Virus record (IMG/VR): IMGVR_UViG_3300046047_000272
DNA: 64,000 nucleotides
From: a virus
Lineage: Duplodnaviria; Heunggongvirae; Uroviricota; Caudoviricetes
Strand: one strand, 5' to 3'
Part shown: piece by piece, positions 31,148 to 41,698 of the stretch
Numbering within the stretch: the first letter of the stretch is position 1
Layout: each line of letters starts with the position of its first letter
The notes under the pieces: model-generated
Told to the model about the DNA's origin: nothing
Databases searched by the model: none
Seen by the model: only the letters and a program-made list of their open reading frames with translations
Position numbers and translations under genes: made by a program

Positions 31148-31945
31148 ATGAGTCAGTATGCAAGGATAGGTCGTCTTCCTGATGGTACGTGGAGTGTGTG
31201 TAAGGCTAAGCCTGAGAATGTTGGTGTGAGGTGTCCGCATATGGGTGGACAGCATATGAGTCAGGTGAGCCAGGAGCAGTTTGATGCGTTGAATGAGCAA
31301 GCATATGCTGACCGGTATGCATCGAAGGACAAGCCAGTTATGACGCTTGACGGACCTGATCCTGCGATGCGGTATCAACAGGTTCTTGACTTGGTGAAGC
31401 GGGCTGATGAGCGTGGGGAGTCTGCCACGGCGTTGAGGACGCAAGCGGCGGCGTATCATGCTCAGGCTATGGCCGCTGATCATCAAGGATTAGAGGACGT
31501 CTGGGCGGCCGCTGATGTGATTGCTACGGTTCGACAGGCTGATGGTGGAGGCACGTGGAATCCTGTGACTGAGCAGTCACCGGCCTGTGGATTCTGTTAT
31601 TCACCGTATCCTGAGCATAGTCAGTGTATCCGTGCTGAGGACGTGACGTTGGCGTCACTGAACGAGTACGCCCATGAGCATCACGATTTGCTGGAACGTG
31701 ATCATCATTTCATTGGCTTGTGGAACGATCCCGCCGATGGTCGAGTATACCTTGATGTGAGTGTGAACACGATGGATGCGGGTGAGGCCCAGGACATGTG
31801 CGAGCATCGTGACCAGAAGGCCTACTTCGATTTGCAGACCTACGCGTCTGTAACGGTGAACGCAGATGCGACGTCTGGGCAGGGGCCACAGGAGGATCTG
31901 AGTGACGATCACCGTGATGCGGTTCTATCGGGCGTGTCGAATTAA
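31148..31945 (+). CDS. Cys/His-leader protein with phage-type C-terminal domain
   Basis: IGRLPDGTWSVCKAKPENVGVRCPH; GLWNDPADGRVYLDVS...DQKAYFDL. Confidence 0.75.
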   Translation: MSQYARIGRLPDGTWSVCKAKPENVGVRCPHMGGQHMSQVSQEQFDALNEQAYADRYASKDKPVMTLDGPDPAMRYQQVLDLVKRADERGESATALRTQAAAYHAQAMAADHQGLEDVWAAADVIATVRQADGGGTWNPVTEQSPACGFCYSPYPEHSQCIRAEDVTLASLNEYAHEHHDLLERDHHFIGLWNDPADGRVYLDVSVNTMDAGEAQDMCEHRDQKAYFDLQTYASVTVNADATSGQGPQEDLSDDHRDAVLSGVSN

Positions 31946-31992
31946 TCTGTGATACAATACGAATTGTATGAACCGTATGACGAATAGGAGGA

Positions 31993-32217
31993 ATGATGGT
32001 CAAGCAGAATGATAAGGTGTTCGCTGGTGGTATTGCCAGTGATGATGACCGAGTGACATTATGGAAGCAGATGGTCTTCGCCGCGAGTAAGATCAGTGGC
32101 TATAGGACATCTGCCGAAGAGGTCAAGAAGCTCGCTGAGGATGAGCATGTGACCCTGAGCGAGGATCAACTGGCTGACATTCTCTCGGCTAATGATGAGA
32201 GCGCTCGCAATCGTTGA
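31993..32217 (+). CDS. small hypothetical protein
   Basis: AGGAGG RBS; upstream GGCGTGTC...TACAAT promoter. Confidence 0.65.
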   Translation: MMVKQNDKVFAGGIASDDDRVTLWKQMVFAASKISGYRTSAEEVKKLAEDEHVTLSEDQLADILSANDESARNR

Positions 32218-32471
32218 CCCATACAGGAAGGATGAACAGTCCCTATGGGGGATAATTTTGTTGATGATTATGACTGCTGGTTCATGTGGCTTGTGGTGAT
32301 GGTCGAACGATCATTGATATGATGCGTCTCTATTGCTAGCATGTGATATGCTAGTCGATCTGAGCGATATCTACATGTTATCAGCCATTGTTGATATGGC
32401 GTAAGATACATCTTTTCCTATGATAACCTTACTTATAGTCTCTAGAGTCGTCACGCCATGAGCTATACGGA

Positions 32472-33137
32472 GTGATCAGTGATATTATGATGTGTATGCA
32501 GAACGATTCATATTATGAGGAATTAGGAAGACGGCATGCTCGCATGTATGCTGAGATGAGCCATGATCCCCGACGGGCGCAGGCATCGTATACTTGTCTC
32601 ATCGACGCGCTGACACGGCAATGGGAGGCCTTAGCGACCATTGGCTATCATTTCATCCTTGGTGACGATGTATACACGTCCTCACAGTCCATGTTCGATG
32701 ATGTCACGAACGAGCATCGTCTCATCATTTTCGATACGCATCTCACTGATGAGAACATGCCTGAGGATCACCCCATGCTCGGTGTATCGGACATCACCGC
32801 ACCACGAGAGGATGGCACCATCGCCAGATTAACGCATAACGATGTCTTCAGGGGCGTGCACGATCTACTGGGGCATTATCTACCGCGCAATCAGTTCGGC
32901 CCGTTAGGTGAGTATCGTGCATGGCTAGCCCATATGGCCTCACTGCCAGAGGATAGCTGGATGGCCCTGTTCTGTGAGACTCGTGGACAGAATGCCTGGA
33001 CGAATTACGCTGATCAGCATCAGGAACTCTCATTACGATGTCGTCCTTTCCCTGAGCAGAAGGCCGGTTGGGTGGACATGGATGAGGTCTTCGCTGATAT
33101 GCAATGGCCTGCGTACAGTCATCATATCCTATCCTAA
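32472..33137 (+). CDS. hypothetical protein with HDxxGH...E motif (metallopeptidase-like)
   Basis: NDVFRGVHDLLGH...GEYRAWLAH...ETRGQN. Confidence 0.6.
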   Translation: MISDIMMCMQNDSYYEELGRRHARMYAEMSHDPRRAQASYTCLIDALTRQWEALATIGYHFILGDDVYTSSQSMFDDVTNEHRLIIFDTHLTDENMPEDHPMLGVSDITAPREDGTIARLTHNDVFRGVHDLLGHYLPRNQFGPLGEYRAWLAHMASLPEDSWMALFCETRGQNAWTNYADQHQELSLRCRPFPEQKAGWVDMDEVFADMQWPAYSHHILS

Positions 33138-33155
33138 CAGTCATCATTGGCCGCG

Positions 33156-33737
33156 TTATCGGGTTATCTTACCGTACCTATGCGATGTCCGATGCTTGAT
33201 GGTTGTGTATACGATGCGTTGAAGGTCATCGATCCGTACATTGGCTGCTAGCACGTCCCATAGGATTGGCCGTGGCTTGGTTCTTACGCCCTTGTCCAGA
33301 TGGAGATCCTCCAGGATGCTGAGGGTCTCATCACGCCATAGGAGTGAGGAGATGCACTGCGCGTCTAGGGCTGGTGATGGCTGTGGCTCGCGGTGCTCTT
33401 CGAGTGATGTGATGCCGTCAGTGTCATGGGCAATGATGAGTCCCCAATAGTCCGGTATGATCCTCATGGCCGCTGTAACGTGAGCATCGGCAACAATAAG
33501 CGTGGCGTACCTGCAGAACTTGCTGTAATCCTCGACCTGCTTCGGCAGTCTGAGAAGATTATCAGACGCGCTCTTCAACTCGTAGCCATTCATATGGTCA
33601 TCGTGAATGGACACGATATCCGCGCGGCGGTCCCATAGGTTGAACTCATCCATGATGAATGGCTCTTGTCGTTGTGACAGGAGCTGGTGAGCGGCCACTC
33701 GGACATCATGGTCTTTCTGTGCATGATGTGACGTCAT
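33156..33737 (-). CDS. sce7726-family PD-(D/E)XK-like protein
   Basis: RADIV...GYELKSASDNLLRLPKQVEDYSK. Confidence 0.75.
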   Translation of the reverse strand: MTSHHAQKDHDVRVAAHQLLSQRQEPFIMDEFNLWDRRADIVSIHDDHMNGYELKSASDNLLRLPKQVEDYSKFCRYATLIVADAHVTAAMRIIPDYWGLIIAHDTDGITSLEEHREPQPSPALDAQCISSLLWRDETLSILEDLHLDKGVRTKPRPILWDVLAANVRIDDLQRIVYTTIKHRTSHRYGKITR

Positions 33738-33757
33738 AATGATGCTCCTTCGATACG

Positions 33758-34150
33758 ATGCCTACCTCTACGTGGTATGGTACCATGCATCATATGACTA
33801 CGTTACAAGACCTGATTCATCGTGATGATTATAACGATCAGAAGCGATTACTGATCGACGCCTTCCTCTGGGATTGCGCCCGCTTTGAGGATCATGAAGC
33901 CATGACGACCATCACTGGCGTCACATGGACGAGGACCGATGATCTCATTACCGGTGACGCGTCCGCGATTCCGTGGACGCGAGAACTGAATGATGATGAC
34001 GTGAGAGCAATCACATGGTGTCAGGAGCACTACGATCATCTGACTGACGACGAGCTTGCTGATATGATTCGGTCACAGGCGCCATGGCGTGGTGTGTCGT
34101 CTGGTGACACGATCCCATTAGAGCTCAGTCTATATCGTGAGAGTTTCTGA
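33758..34150 (+). CDS. degenerate SocA/Panacea-like protein
   Basis: QKRLL...; YDHLTDDELADMIRSQAPW. Confidence 0.45.
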   Translation: MPTSTWYGTMHHMTTLQDLIHRDDYNDQKRLLIDAFLWDCARFEDHEAMTTITGVTWTRTDDLITGDASAIPWTRELNDDDVRAITWCQEHYDHLTDDELADMIRSQAPWRGVSSGDTIPLELSLYRESF

Positions 34151-34316
34151 GGATCGTCAGTGAGGACATGATGACGATCAATGATGCTGACATGAAGATG
34201 GCCGATATTATGGCATACGATTAGCCGATATTCTGTTATGAGCGTTGCATCGTGGCTGATATGATGATACAGTCTATCGTATCAGTTCTATATACCGTCA
34301 TAGAAAAGAGCGCATC

Positions 34317-34640
34317 ATGACAGCAGTAGCATCGTCTATTCAGCATACGAAGCATGTGAACCATCCTGTCTATCTGATTCATCAACATCATCATAAGGGA
34401 TGTATTCCGAATATTCTGGTTGCTGAGATCATTACCGAGGTGCCCAATTTCCTGGTGTTCAGTGAGATTGCTGAGCTGGCGCATAATCCTTCGACGCATC
34501 GTTGGATATGGGAAGAGGACGATAGCTTGATTGATGTGAAGCGGATGATCCCCTACGATAAGATCGAATTGGTTGAGCGATACTCCGCGGATCAATTCGC
34601 CAAGCATTGGTCTGACATGATTGAGGATCACGCTAAGTAG
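34317..34640 (+). CDS. hypothetical protein
   Basis: 107-aa ORF. Confidence 0.55.
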   Translation: MTAVASSIQHTKHVNHPVYLIHQHHHKGCIPNILVAEIITEVPNFLVFSEIAELAHNPSTHRWIWEEDDSLIDVKRMIPYDKIELVERYSADQFAKHWSDMIEDHAK

Positions 34641-34657
34641 TAGATAAGGATGGCATC

Positions 34658-35452
34658 ATGGCTCTTAAGCCAACCCCAGACATAGATACGCTACGAGCTG
34701 TGGCCAATGGTCAGACAGCTCATTACTCCGCTGATCCCACAACGGCTGATTATCCGATGATTGATCAACCGGATACGCTGGCCATGGCTTTTGATCCATC
34801 GGATGAGGACATTGCTGCTGGCACTCAATATGGTGCTGAGCGTCATGTCTCAGCGACGAATCTCGACGCTATCCTCGATGCGCTCTGCATCAGGGTCAGC
34901 GAGCATACACCAATCATTGATGAGCATCACGTCGCCGTGTCAGTGACCGACGATGGTCATATCCAAATCTATGGCCAATCCGATGCTCGTGTTCCTCAGC
35001 ATCGTGAACGGCGTCTTAATCGCTTGCGCATAGCTAGGAACATTGGACTATTCGCCATGTGGTTGGAGGCGATGAGTCTTCCCGTCGACGAGCAGTCCGG
35101 GGTGGGCAGCTCGGCATCACCGCAATGGCTGCTCGACCCTGCAGAGAGCTACTGGACGACTGTGCATATGACACCTGATGAAGCCGCGGCGCAGGATCGA
35201 CAGCGTAAGGCTATTAACGTGGCCATGAATCGGTATGCGGGAGCGTTGCTGATGCCAGCTGGTCGACTCCACGCGTGGGACACCTTCAGACAATCGAATC
35301 CACTCATTGGTGATGCGAATCTTGCTGGCGCCTTTGACGTGTCTTTGAATGCTCTTACGACACGACTCGCGGCCATTGGCCTACCCAACGACCAGCTGAG
35401 TCATACACTCGATGAGATTACACCAGAACGATTCATCAATAAGACGGCATAG
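34658..35452 (+). CDS. ImmA/IrrE-like protein lacking the HExxH motif
   Basis: RLRIARNIG (replacing RFTIAHELG); NRYAGALLMP; LAGAFDVSLNALTTRL. Confidence 0.6.
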   Translation: MALKPTPDIDTLRAVANGQTAHYSADPTTADYPMIDQPDTLAMAFDPSDEDIAAGTQYGAERHVSATNLDAILDALCIRVSEHTPIIDEHHVAVSVTDDGHIQIYGQSDARVPQHRERRLNRLRIARNIGLFAMWLEAMSLPVDEQSGVGSSASPQWLLDPAESYWTTVHMTPDEAAAQDRQRKAINVAMNRYAGALLMPAGRLHAWDTFRQSNPLIGDANLAGAFDVSLNALTTRLAAIGLPNDQLSHTLDEITPERFINKTA

Positions 35453-35521
35453 TCCGCCTGTCCTCATGGATAAGACATCATCACATCACAATATGATCAT
35501 GCAGCACACAAGAACACGAAT

Positions 35522-35643
35522 GAGTGATGGTCTTATGGTGACGAGAGGAACAGAACCGCCGGTCTATCGGACGCGGAGCCAGTACTAGTATAATTACTGA
35601 TCCAGACCATGGCGTCCGAGGACGGCGGCTTAGCATCACGTCT
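35522..35643 (-). repeat. 5'-only copy C of ~300-bp repeat
   Basis: cagaaccgccggtctatcggacgc...gcgtccgaggacggcggcttagcatcacgtct. Confidence 0.9.
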
Positions 35644-35695
35644 GTCATATACAGTGGTTTTCTGCACTATATGATCAAATATGCTCATTCACGCA

Positions 35696-36301
35696 TCATA
35701 CGACGTAGACGGAGCTATCTTTTGTTGGCAGTATTTGGTACATCACACCGGACAGCTCGAAGGCTATCGTTATCTTCGTGTCATCATCAATCGTTCCAGT
35801 GACGGAGAGATAGGTACGACGTTGCTGCTGCTCATAGGCCATGGTCACGACATGGAATCCAACATCATCAAGGGCACGAGAGACATTATCGATGAAACGG
35901 TGGAGCACTACGAGCATGACGTGACGATGATCATCAATGATGGCATGCGTCGGGTCCTCCATGGTGCCATGGTCACCGATATATGACATGTTGGTTATCA
36001 CATCAAGTCGGGTATTGGGCGCATCAATGGTACAGTCCTCAATAGTGAAGCTAATAGTGAATTGATGCTGATCGTCCTGGCTACGAGTGGCGATCATTCT
36101 CGGTCTGAGAAGACATGCTGGCGCATCATCGTCATTAGGTCGTTGCACGTAGTTCGTGACCAGAGGATAGATGTCCTCCCATATATGCTCCATGAAATCG
36201 GTGTTTATGGTGTTGATATACCTCTTAGTTGATTGAAGACGCTCAGCGATGCTGGACGTTAGTATACGCTGATTAGATGACATGTACACTCCTATGATCA
36301 A
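35696..36301 (-). CDS. hypothetical protein between repeat copies
   Basis: ~195-aa ORF, AGGAG RBS. Confidence 0.65.
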   Translation of the reverse strand: MIIGVYMSSNQRILTSSIAERLQSTKRYINTINTDFMEHIWEDIYPLVTNYVQRPNDDDAPACLLRPRMIATRSQDDQHQFTISFTIEDCTIDAPNTRLDVITNMSYIGDHGTMEDPTHAIIDDHRHVMLVVLHRFIDNVSRALDDVGFHVVTMAYEQQQRRTYLSVTGTIDDDTKITIAFELSGVMYQILPTKDSSVYVV

Positions 36302-36418
36302 AAGAATCGATGTGTAGGAGTATCATGGTACCGCAAAAATGGATCCAATGGCAATGACCATGACGACGTGGCGTTAGTAGCTTATGATTAATGATGGTCT
36401 CATGAGCGAGTGTCCATA

Positions 36419-36530
36419 AGTGATGGTCTTATGGTGATAAGAGGTACAGAACCGCCGGTCTAACGGATGCAGACCCAGTACCCGTATAATTTACTGATCC
36501 TCGTGGCCGCGTCCGAGGACGGCGGCTTAG
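36419..36530 (-). repeat. 5'-only copy D of ~300-bp repeat
   Basis: cagaaccgccggtctaacggatgc...gtccgaggacggcggcttag. Confidence 0.9.
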
Positions 36531-36689
36531 AATCATATCTAATGGTACCTTCATAGTATGACCTATATGTGGTCATCATGATGACCAAGGAGAGCCATCA
36601 TGGAATCAAGGCATCAGCGACGATTAGTGTCGTTAATGGGCGCGTTGACGGGGCAGTACGTGATGGCCTTAGGCGGGTATCATGATGCG

Positions 36690-36988
36690 CTCCTGCAGAG
36701 CGTATTCCTAGGATATGCTTCCTCGTGCACACGCTCTATCGTTGCAGTGCCGCGGTTCCTGAAAATCACTCCTGTACACTAGAACACGATGTTCTTCACT
36801 GGCTCTACGAAGCTAATAAGCGCTTTGGTCATTGCCATTCCATGGCTCTCACGTGATTTGCGTCCTCGTCGTTGAGGACAGCCGTGTAGACGGCAATGAA
36901 CCACGCAGAACCGCCTGTCTAACGGCCTGGACTATCGGGCTAGCATAATTCTCAATGATCCTCATGGATTCGTCCGAGGATGGCGGTT
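36690..36988 (-). repeat. full copy E of ~300-bp repeat
   Basis: ctcctgcagagcgtattcctaggatatgcttcctc...cgtccgaggatggcgg. Confidence 0.9.
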
Positions 36989-37017
36989 GTATCGTTAACT
37001 GATACTCAGATCATTGA

Positions 37018-37302
37018 TTATTTAAATTTGAGCAATCGTGTTGCGACCATGATCATGGCGGAGATGCTCATGGCTGTCAGTATCAGCATCAGATACATCG
37101 TTCCTGCAACATGTAGAATTTGTAGTGCTCTGATGCTGAATCCAAACATCATGACGCTGACGCCAATTAGCCCAATGGCCGTCAAGGAGACATTATATGG
37201 GAAGACGTCATCTTCGAGAGCCTTAGACCGGCGTATGCCGTCAATCGTGACGATCGCCACCGTCAGGGTCATAACGATGATGCATTCAAACAGTATATTC
37301 AC
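37018..37302 (-). CDS. small membrane protein between repeat copies
   Basis: Three hydrophobic segments; GGAGG RBS. Confidence 0.6.
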   Translation of the reverse strand: MNILFECIIVMTLTVAIVTIDGIRRSKALEDDVFPYNVSLTAIGLIGVSVMMFGFSIRALQILHVAGTMYLMLILTAMSISAMIMVATRLLKFK

Positions 37303-37479
37303 GATTCCTCCAGTGTCCTGTGACTAATGAATAAATGATAGAATCAATAGTATACCGTAGGTGGGACATGGACCGGGTTATCGAGTGAGCGTGTTGTTTG
37401 GGTGGCATTCGGCTGGCCTTGGCGGTGGAACGAGGAATAGCTTAGGGCTGTGACGGCATTCAGCGGGGCGTGTGATGCG

Positions 37480-37788
37480 CTCCTGCAGAGCGTATTCCTA
37501 GGATATGCTTCCTCATGGACACGGTTTATCGTTGCGATTCCGCGGTTCTTGAACATCACCTCTGTACACTAAAACATGATGTATTCCACTAGTTCTACGG
37601 AGCCATTGAGTCTGCCGATCATTGCAGCTTCGTGGTTCTCACGTGATCTGAGGATGTAATGCCTAGGAATGACCATGAGATCATGGTGAGACGTACAGAA
37701 CCGCCGGTCTATCGGACGTAGACCTAGTACTAGTATAATTACTGATCCTCGTGGCCGCGTCCGAGGAAGGCGGCATAGCATCACGTCT
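37480..37788 (-). repeat. full copy F of ~300-bp repeat
   Basis: Same conserved blocks. Confidence 0.9.
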
Positions 37789-37971
37789 AGTGGTTGGTCC
37801 ATATTATGGCTAGCTGGGTGTCATGCATCATGCTCGGAGCAGGACTAGCGATCGGCCAGTGCTAGCTCATCATTGAGGTCCATTGCAGTGGTGGGTGTCC
37901 GCATGGTCCAGTGGGTGCGGCTGGGTGTTGATCACTGAGGATAGGACAAGCCAGCGCTGCGTGGTTGGGTG

Positions 37972-38281
37972 CTCCTGCAGAGCGTATTCCTAGGATATGC
38001 TTCCTCATGGACACGATCTATCGTTGCAGTGCCGCGGTTCCTAAAAATCACTCTTGCACACTAGAATATGATGCTCTCTTACTGGTTCTACGGAGCCGGT
38101 GATCCTGTTGATCATTGCAGCTTCGCGGTTCTCACGTGATCTGAGGATGTGTTGCTGAGGAGTGATGGTAAGACCGTGTTGAGAGTCTCAGAACCGCCGG
38201 TCCATCGGACTCGAACCCTGTATCCGAGTAATTACTGACCATCTTGGTCGCGTCCGAGGAATCCGGCTTAGCATCACGTCT
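37972..38281 (-). repeat. full copy G of ~300-bp repeat
   Basis: Same conserved blocks. Confidence 0.9.
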
Positions 38282-38294
38282 ACAGCCATGATGT

Positions 38295-38774
38295 CTACAG
38301 TAAAGCTTCACGTACCCAGGTCATCATAGATGATGCGTCATCGTTGGCATGGAAGGACTCGTCTTGATGATCAGGTTGTTCGTCAGCCGCGTCACTAAGA
38401 TCATAGACGGTCACACTGCCGTCATGCTCCACGTCAAACTCAATATCAATACTGTCAAATTCCACTATGAGGCTACCATCATCTCTTGGTGCTAGGAGGA
38501 TGATTGGCTCCTCGGATAGGTGATGGGGATAGGTTGTAAAGAGGTTCAGAATAGCCTCGATGATGGATTGCGTTTGCCTTATAGTCGCCCTAGACGCTTG
38601 CAGGCCGCGCTCATCTATCCAGCCGTCCTCGAGATTCGCTATTACTCTGAGTTGTTGACGCAATGCCAGTGTCTGTGGATTCATCTTCCATGGACACGGT
38701 GAAACTGGCTCTAAGAGTAATGATCCACTAGCTACGTCAGCATACCGGTTCCTGTGTTCATGCTGCATGGTCAT
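38295..38774 (-). CDS. hypothetical protein
   Basis: 159-aa ORF (LEDGW...P..DGSL..EF). Confidence 0.65.
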   Translation of the reverse strand: MTMQHEHRNRYADVASGSLLLEPVSPCPWKMNPQTLALRQQLRVIANLEDGWIDERGLQASRATIRQTQSIIEAILNLFTTYPHHLSEEPIILLAPRDDGSLIVEFDSIDIEFDVEHDGSVTVYDLSDAADEQPDHQDESFHANDDASSMMTWVREALL

Positions 38775-39378
38775 ACCGTCCCTTCATCGATGTCTTCCTT
38801 ATGGTTGATCGTATCCGACTCTACGAGGAGATCGTCCCTGAGCCGCATGAGCGTGAATCCTAGGAGGTTCATGCCCCTCCATTGGAGGGGATCCATCCAT
38901 CGAGTATCGATGTCCCCTTGACGTGTGCGTTTGCCAAGTGGACACCCCATACTCGATCAAATGGTGACGCCTCTACAAGAACAGCGTCATGCGTATCCTG
39001 GAGATATGATCGGAGGACTGGGTCCTGCGTGTACTTGGCGTGGACGGCCAGGTACATCTTCTCCTCTCTGACGCTCCCCCAAGCGTCATCGTCGTAATGC
39101 ATGACCGCTCGACCTAATCGTTTGTAGTCAGATGGTTGCAATCCTGGCTCTAGGATGGCGTTCGCGGTCTGATGGTCATTGAAGAACATGGCCTTCTGAT
39201 ACATGAAGTACTGTTCAGATCAGGTAAAATGATGCTGATCGACCGTGAATGATGTCTGATGGACGTTGCTGAATGTCTGCTCTACTGGTGAGTCATTGTC
39301 ATCTCCCCAGAAACCGATGTACGTATGATGATGACCAGCGGCTAATGAGGCGGTCAACCACGATGTATCGTATCGCAT
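38771..39378 (-). pseudogene. NADAR (YbiA-like) family, with in-frame TGA and a frameshift
   Basis: FWG...FSN...FT*SEQYFMYQKAMFF...LGR.V...LVEASPFDRVWG; shifted frame gives WRGMNLLGFTLMRLRD. Confidence 0.85.
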
Positions 39379-39420
39379 GATGTCCTTTCATGACGCTATG
39401 ATGGATTGATGTAGTGGGTA

Positions 39421-39792
39421 TCAGGCGTAGGCGTCGATGTCTGCTGGCATGGTTATCGTGTGATCCTCTGGTCGGGGATCGGTGAAGCAGAATCGTACGC
39501 CACCGGTTGCATCAAGGAGCTTCGTAATATCCTCCTGACTGACGTAATCAGCGATATGATTGACCGTCACGGCGGTCTCCAGGGTGTCGCCATCCTCGCC
39601 ATTATCCCGCCATGCATACCGATGCCAACCGGATGGTAACCGGTCTGCTCGTATTCGAGCTGGACCCTCATAGGCGAGGATGTCCTGGAGATCGTGTCCA
39701 TGATCGTCCTGAATGACGATGCGGACAGGTTGCATGGTGATCGTGTTGCTCATGCTGCGTCCTTCGATACTTGACCGATACGATTGATGCAT
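39421..39792 (-). CDS. LPD28-like domain protein
   Basis: RADRLPSGWHRYAWRD...LETAVTVNH. Confidence 0.55.
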   Translation of the reverse strand: MHQSYRSSIEGRSMSNTITMQPVRIVIQDDHGHDLQDILAYEGPARIRADRLPSGWHRYAWRDNGEDGDTLETAVTVNHIADYVSQEDITKLLDATGGVRFCFTDPRPEDHTITMPADIDAYA

Positions 39793-39800
39793 CTAGTGTA

Positions 39801-40270
39801 TCATATAACGGTAGTCATGATCGTCTGAGGGTTGATCCTCTGATCTCCCTGATCCTTGGTGATTGACCATGCGGATCCAGGTGAGGTGAGCATTCTAGAG
39901 AGTTCTACTCCGGTAGACGAGCCATATCGTAGCCATATGTCGTTAATGATGGTTGAGATGAATGGTGATCGATGCTGATCGACGATATAGGTTGCTCTTG
40001 CTGATGCGTCAAGTTGGCTGATGGGCCGGCCATGATATCCTTTAAATTCGTCATATACGCTCATGAGCATTGGCCCATATCGACCGCAGACGAATAACTC
40101 AGCGATAGGGTTGTACCGGTTTGCCGTTGATATGAGCGCGCGACGAGGTAGAGCAGTCGTTGGAGGGTCATGGCGGTAATGATCGTGTTATGATCGTCAG
40201 CGAGTTTGATGATGGTGTTGACGATGGGTACGACACCTGCACCAGCTGTTGATATGCTTGTATCCCGCAC
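39801..40270 (-). pseudogene. Panacea/SocA (DUF4065) antitoxin-like, frameshifted
   Basis: ITAMTLQRLLYL...; (YGP)MLMSVYDEFK...YGSSTGVELSRMLT.PGSAW. Confidence 0.7.
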
Positions 40271-40398
40271 GATATCATCCTTTGTAGAAATTGTTTAATA
40301 ACAACTATGATGACATCGTACCGCTCTGACGATTATTGCGCCAGCATGAACACAAATGCGTGTAGGTTCATGCTGGCGCCATGACTGGATGGTTTGAT

Positions 40399-40839
40399 CT
40401 AGTATCGATCGTGTCCGATGATGCGAATGCAGTGGTTCTCATCCTCAGGTGTGGTCACGATGTACAGATCTCCGAGTTGTTCCTGAAGAGCGGCAATCAC
40501 GGCGTCACGCTGAGCGTCATCACGGAAGCTGTAGCTGATGTACACATCATCCCCGGCAATCTCCGATGGGATGATCGTATCGTTCTTCGTCACTGAACCA
40601 GATCCGTTGGAGGCGTTCTTGAAGAGGATGTATGAGTAGTTCTCATCCTTCGCGTGGATCTTACCCTCCTGGTCAATGGTGATGCTATCCTTGTTCCAGT
40701 AGCGCTTCGGGAAATCCTCAGGGCCGTAGCAGCATGAGCACATGTTCGGCTGATAGGTGTAATGAGCAAAGTCAAGACCGGTTGCCTCACGGATAGCCCT
40801 CAGATTGAGATCCCCGTAAGTACGTGTTTGATTGGCCAT
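40399..40839 (-). CDS. hypothetical protein with own promoter
   Basis: AAGGAG RBS; MCSCCYGP motif. Confidence 0.7.
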   Translation of the reverse strand: MANQTRTYGDLNLRAIREATGLDFAHYTYQPNMCSCCYGPEDFPKRYWNKDSITIDQEGKIHAKDENYSYILFKNASNGSGSVTKNDTIIPSEIAGDDVYISYSFRDDAQRDAVIAALQEQLGDLYIVTTPEDENHCIRIIGHDRY

Positions 40840-40860
40840 GATGACTCCTTCACTAGTTGT

Positions 40861-40906
40861 TTGCTTGATACTCTGATTATACGTGGACGAATGATTAGAC
40901 ACGCCG
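40861..40906 (-). promoter_or_regulatory. repeated promoter GGCGTGTC-N16-TATAAT
   Basis: Near-identical copy of promoter repeat. Confidence 0.75.
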
Positions 40907-40946
40907 TGAGAACGATAATTACTGAGGTGGTGTCCTCGTGAGGAAA

Positions 40947-41378
40947 TCAGATGGTTTTGCTGAGCTGGTAACGATCATGCTCCCAGTCAAAGCTGGCCAT
41001 ATTGCCGTCCTCGTCGTAATCATTGTAATCGTGATCATCACGATACGACCAGTCACGATTGCTCGTCTGAGCGAACGGTTGCTGTTCAAATCCTTCACCA
41101 AGACCATCGGAGCACTGACCACTGATCCAAGCCGTCAGAGCAGTTGACTCGGCTGCAGTGAGATCACGCACTGTCTCCACAGTGATGACACCATGATCCT
41201 CGTCCTCGAGACGCCATACCAGGCTTGATACGATGGGTGAAAGATTGTCCGGGAGGAATTGCGTCATATCGTATTGGTTCAGATATGCGTTAGCCGTCCT
41301 CACGACATCACGTCCCTCTTGAATAGGATTGACCAGATGGAATTCGGTTGTATAGCGTGTCATGATGATACCTTTCAA
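40947..41378 (-). CDS. hypothetical protein of mobile elements (GQ.SDG.GEGFEQ motif)
   Basis: WISGQCSDGLGEGFEQ; own GGCGTGTC promoter at 41419. Confidence 0.7.
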   Translation of the reverse strand: MKGIIMTRYTTEFHLVNPIQEGRDVVRTANAYLNQYDMTQFLPDNLSPIVSSLVWRLEDEDHGVITVETVRDLTAAESTALTAWISGQCSDGLGEGFEQQPFAQTSNRDWSYRDDHDYNDYDEDGNMASFDWEHDRYQLSKTI

Positions 41379-41518
41379 TGTGGTGATGATAGTGTCATTA
41401 TAACGCCACGATGGTTACGACACGCCGATATGATGACTGGTCATACGCATAAAAAGGACGAGGAGCATGGCGTTGAACATGCTCCTCGTCTTGCTCACAG
41501 GACGCCTGATACGATTGA

Positions 41519-41698
41519 TCACCCCTCAAAGTACATGATGACGTCAACGGGATCATTGAAGTTCTGATCCTCAAGCTCCTTCCGAAGAACGTCGAGTTTA
41601 TCAGCAGGCAGCTCGTTGATACCATCAAGAATACGGCCATATAGACCCTGTGACTTGGCGAGGGATTTAATGACATCTTTGATTTCGTCGAATTTCAT
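41519..41698 (-). CDS. 59-aa phage-type hypothetical protein (missed by ORF track)
   Basis: MKFDEIKDVIKSLAKSQGLYGRILD...DPVDVIMYFEG*; GGAG RBS. Confidence 0.7.
   Translation of the reverse strand: MKFDEIKDVIKSLAKSQGLYGRILDGINELPADKLDVLRKELEDQNFNDPVDVIMYFEG

Noticed and set aside
35522-38281. CRISPR array
   Set aside because: Repeats are ~300 bp and divergent, spacers are 120-220 bp or contain genes, and there are no cas genes
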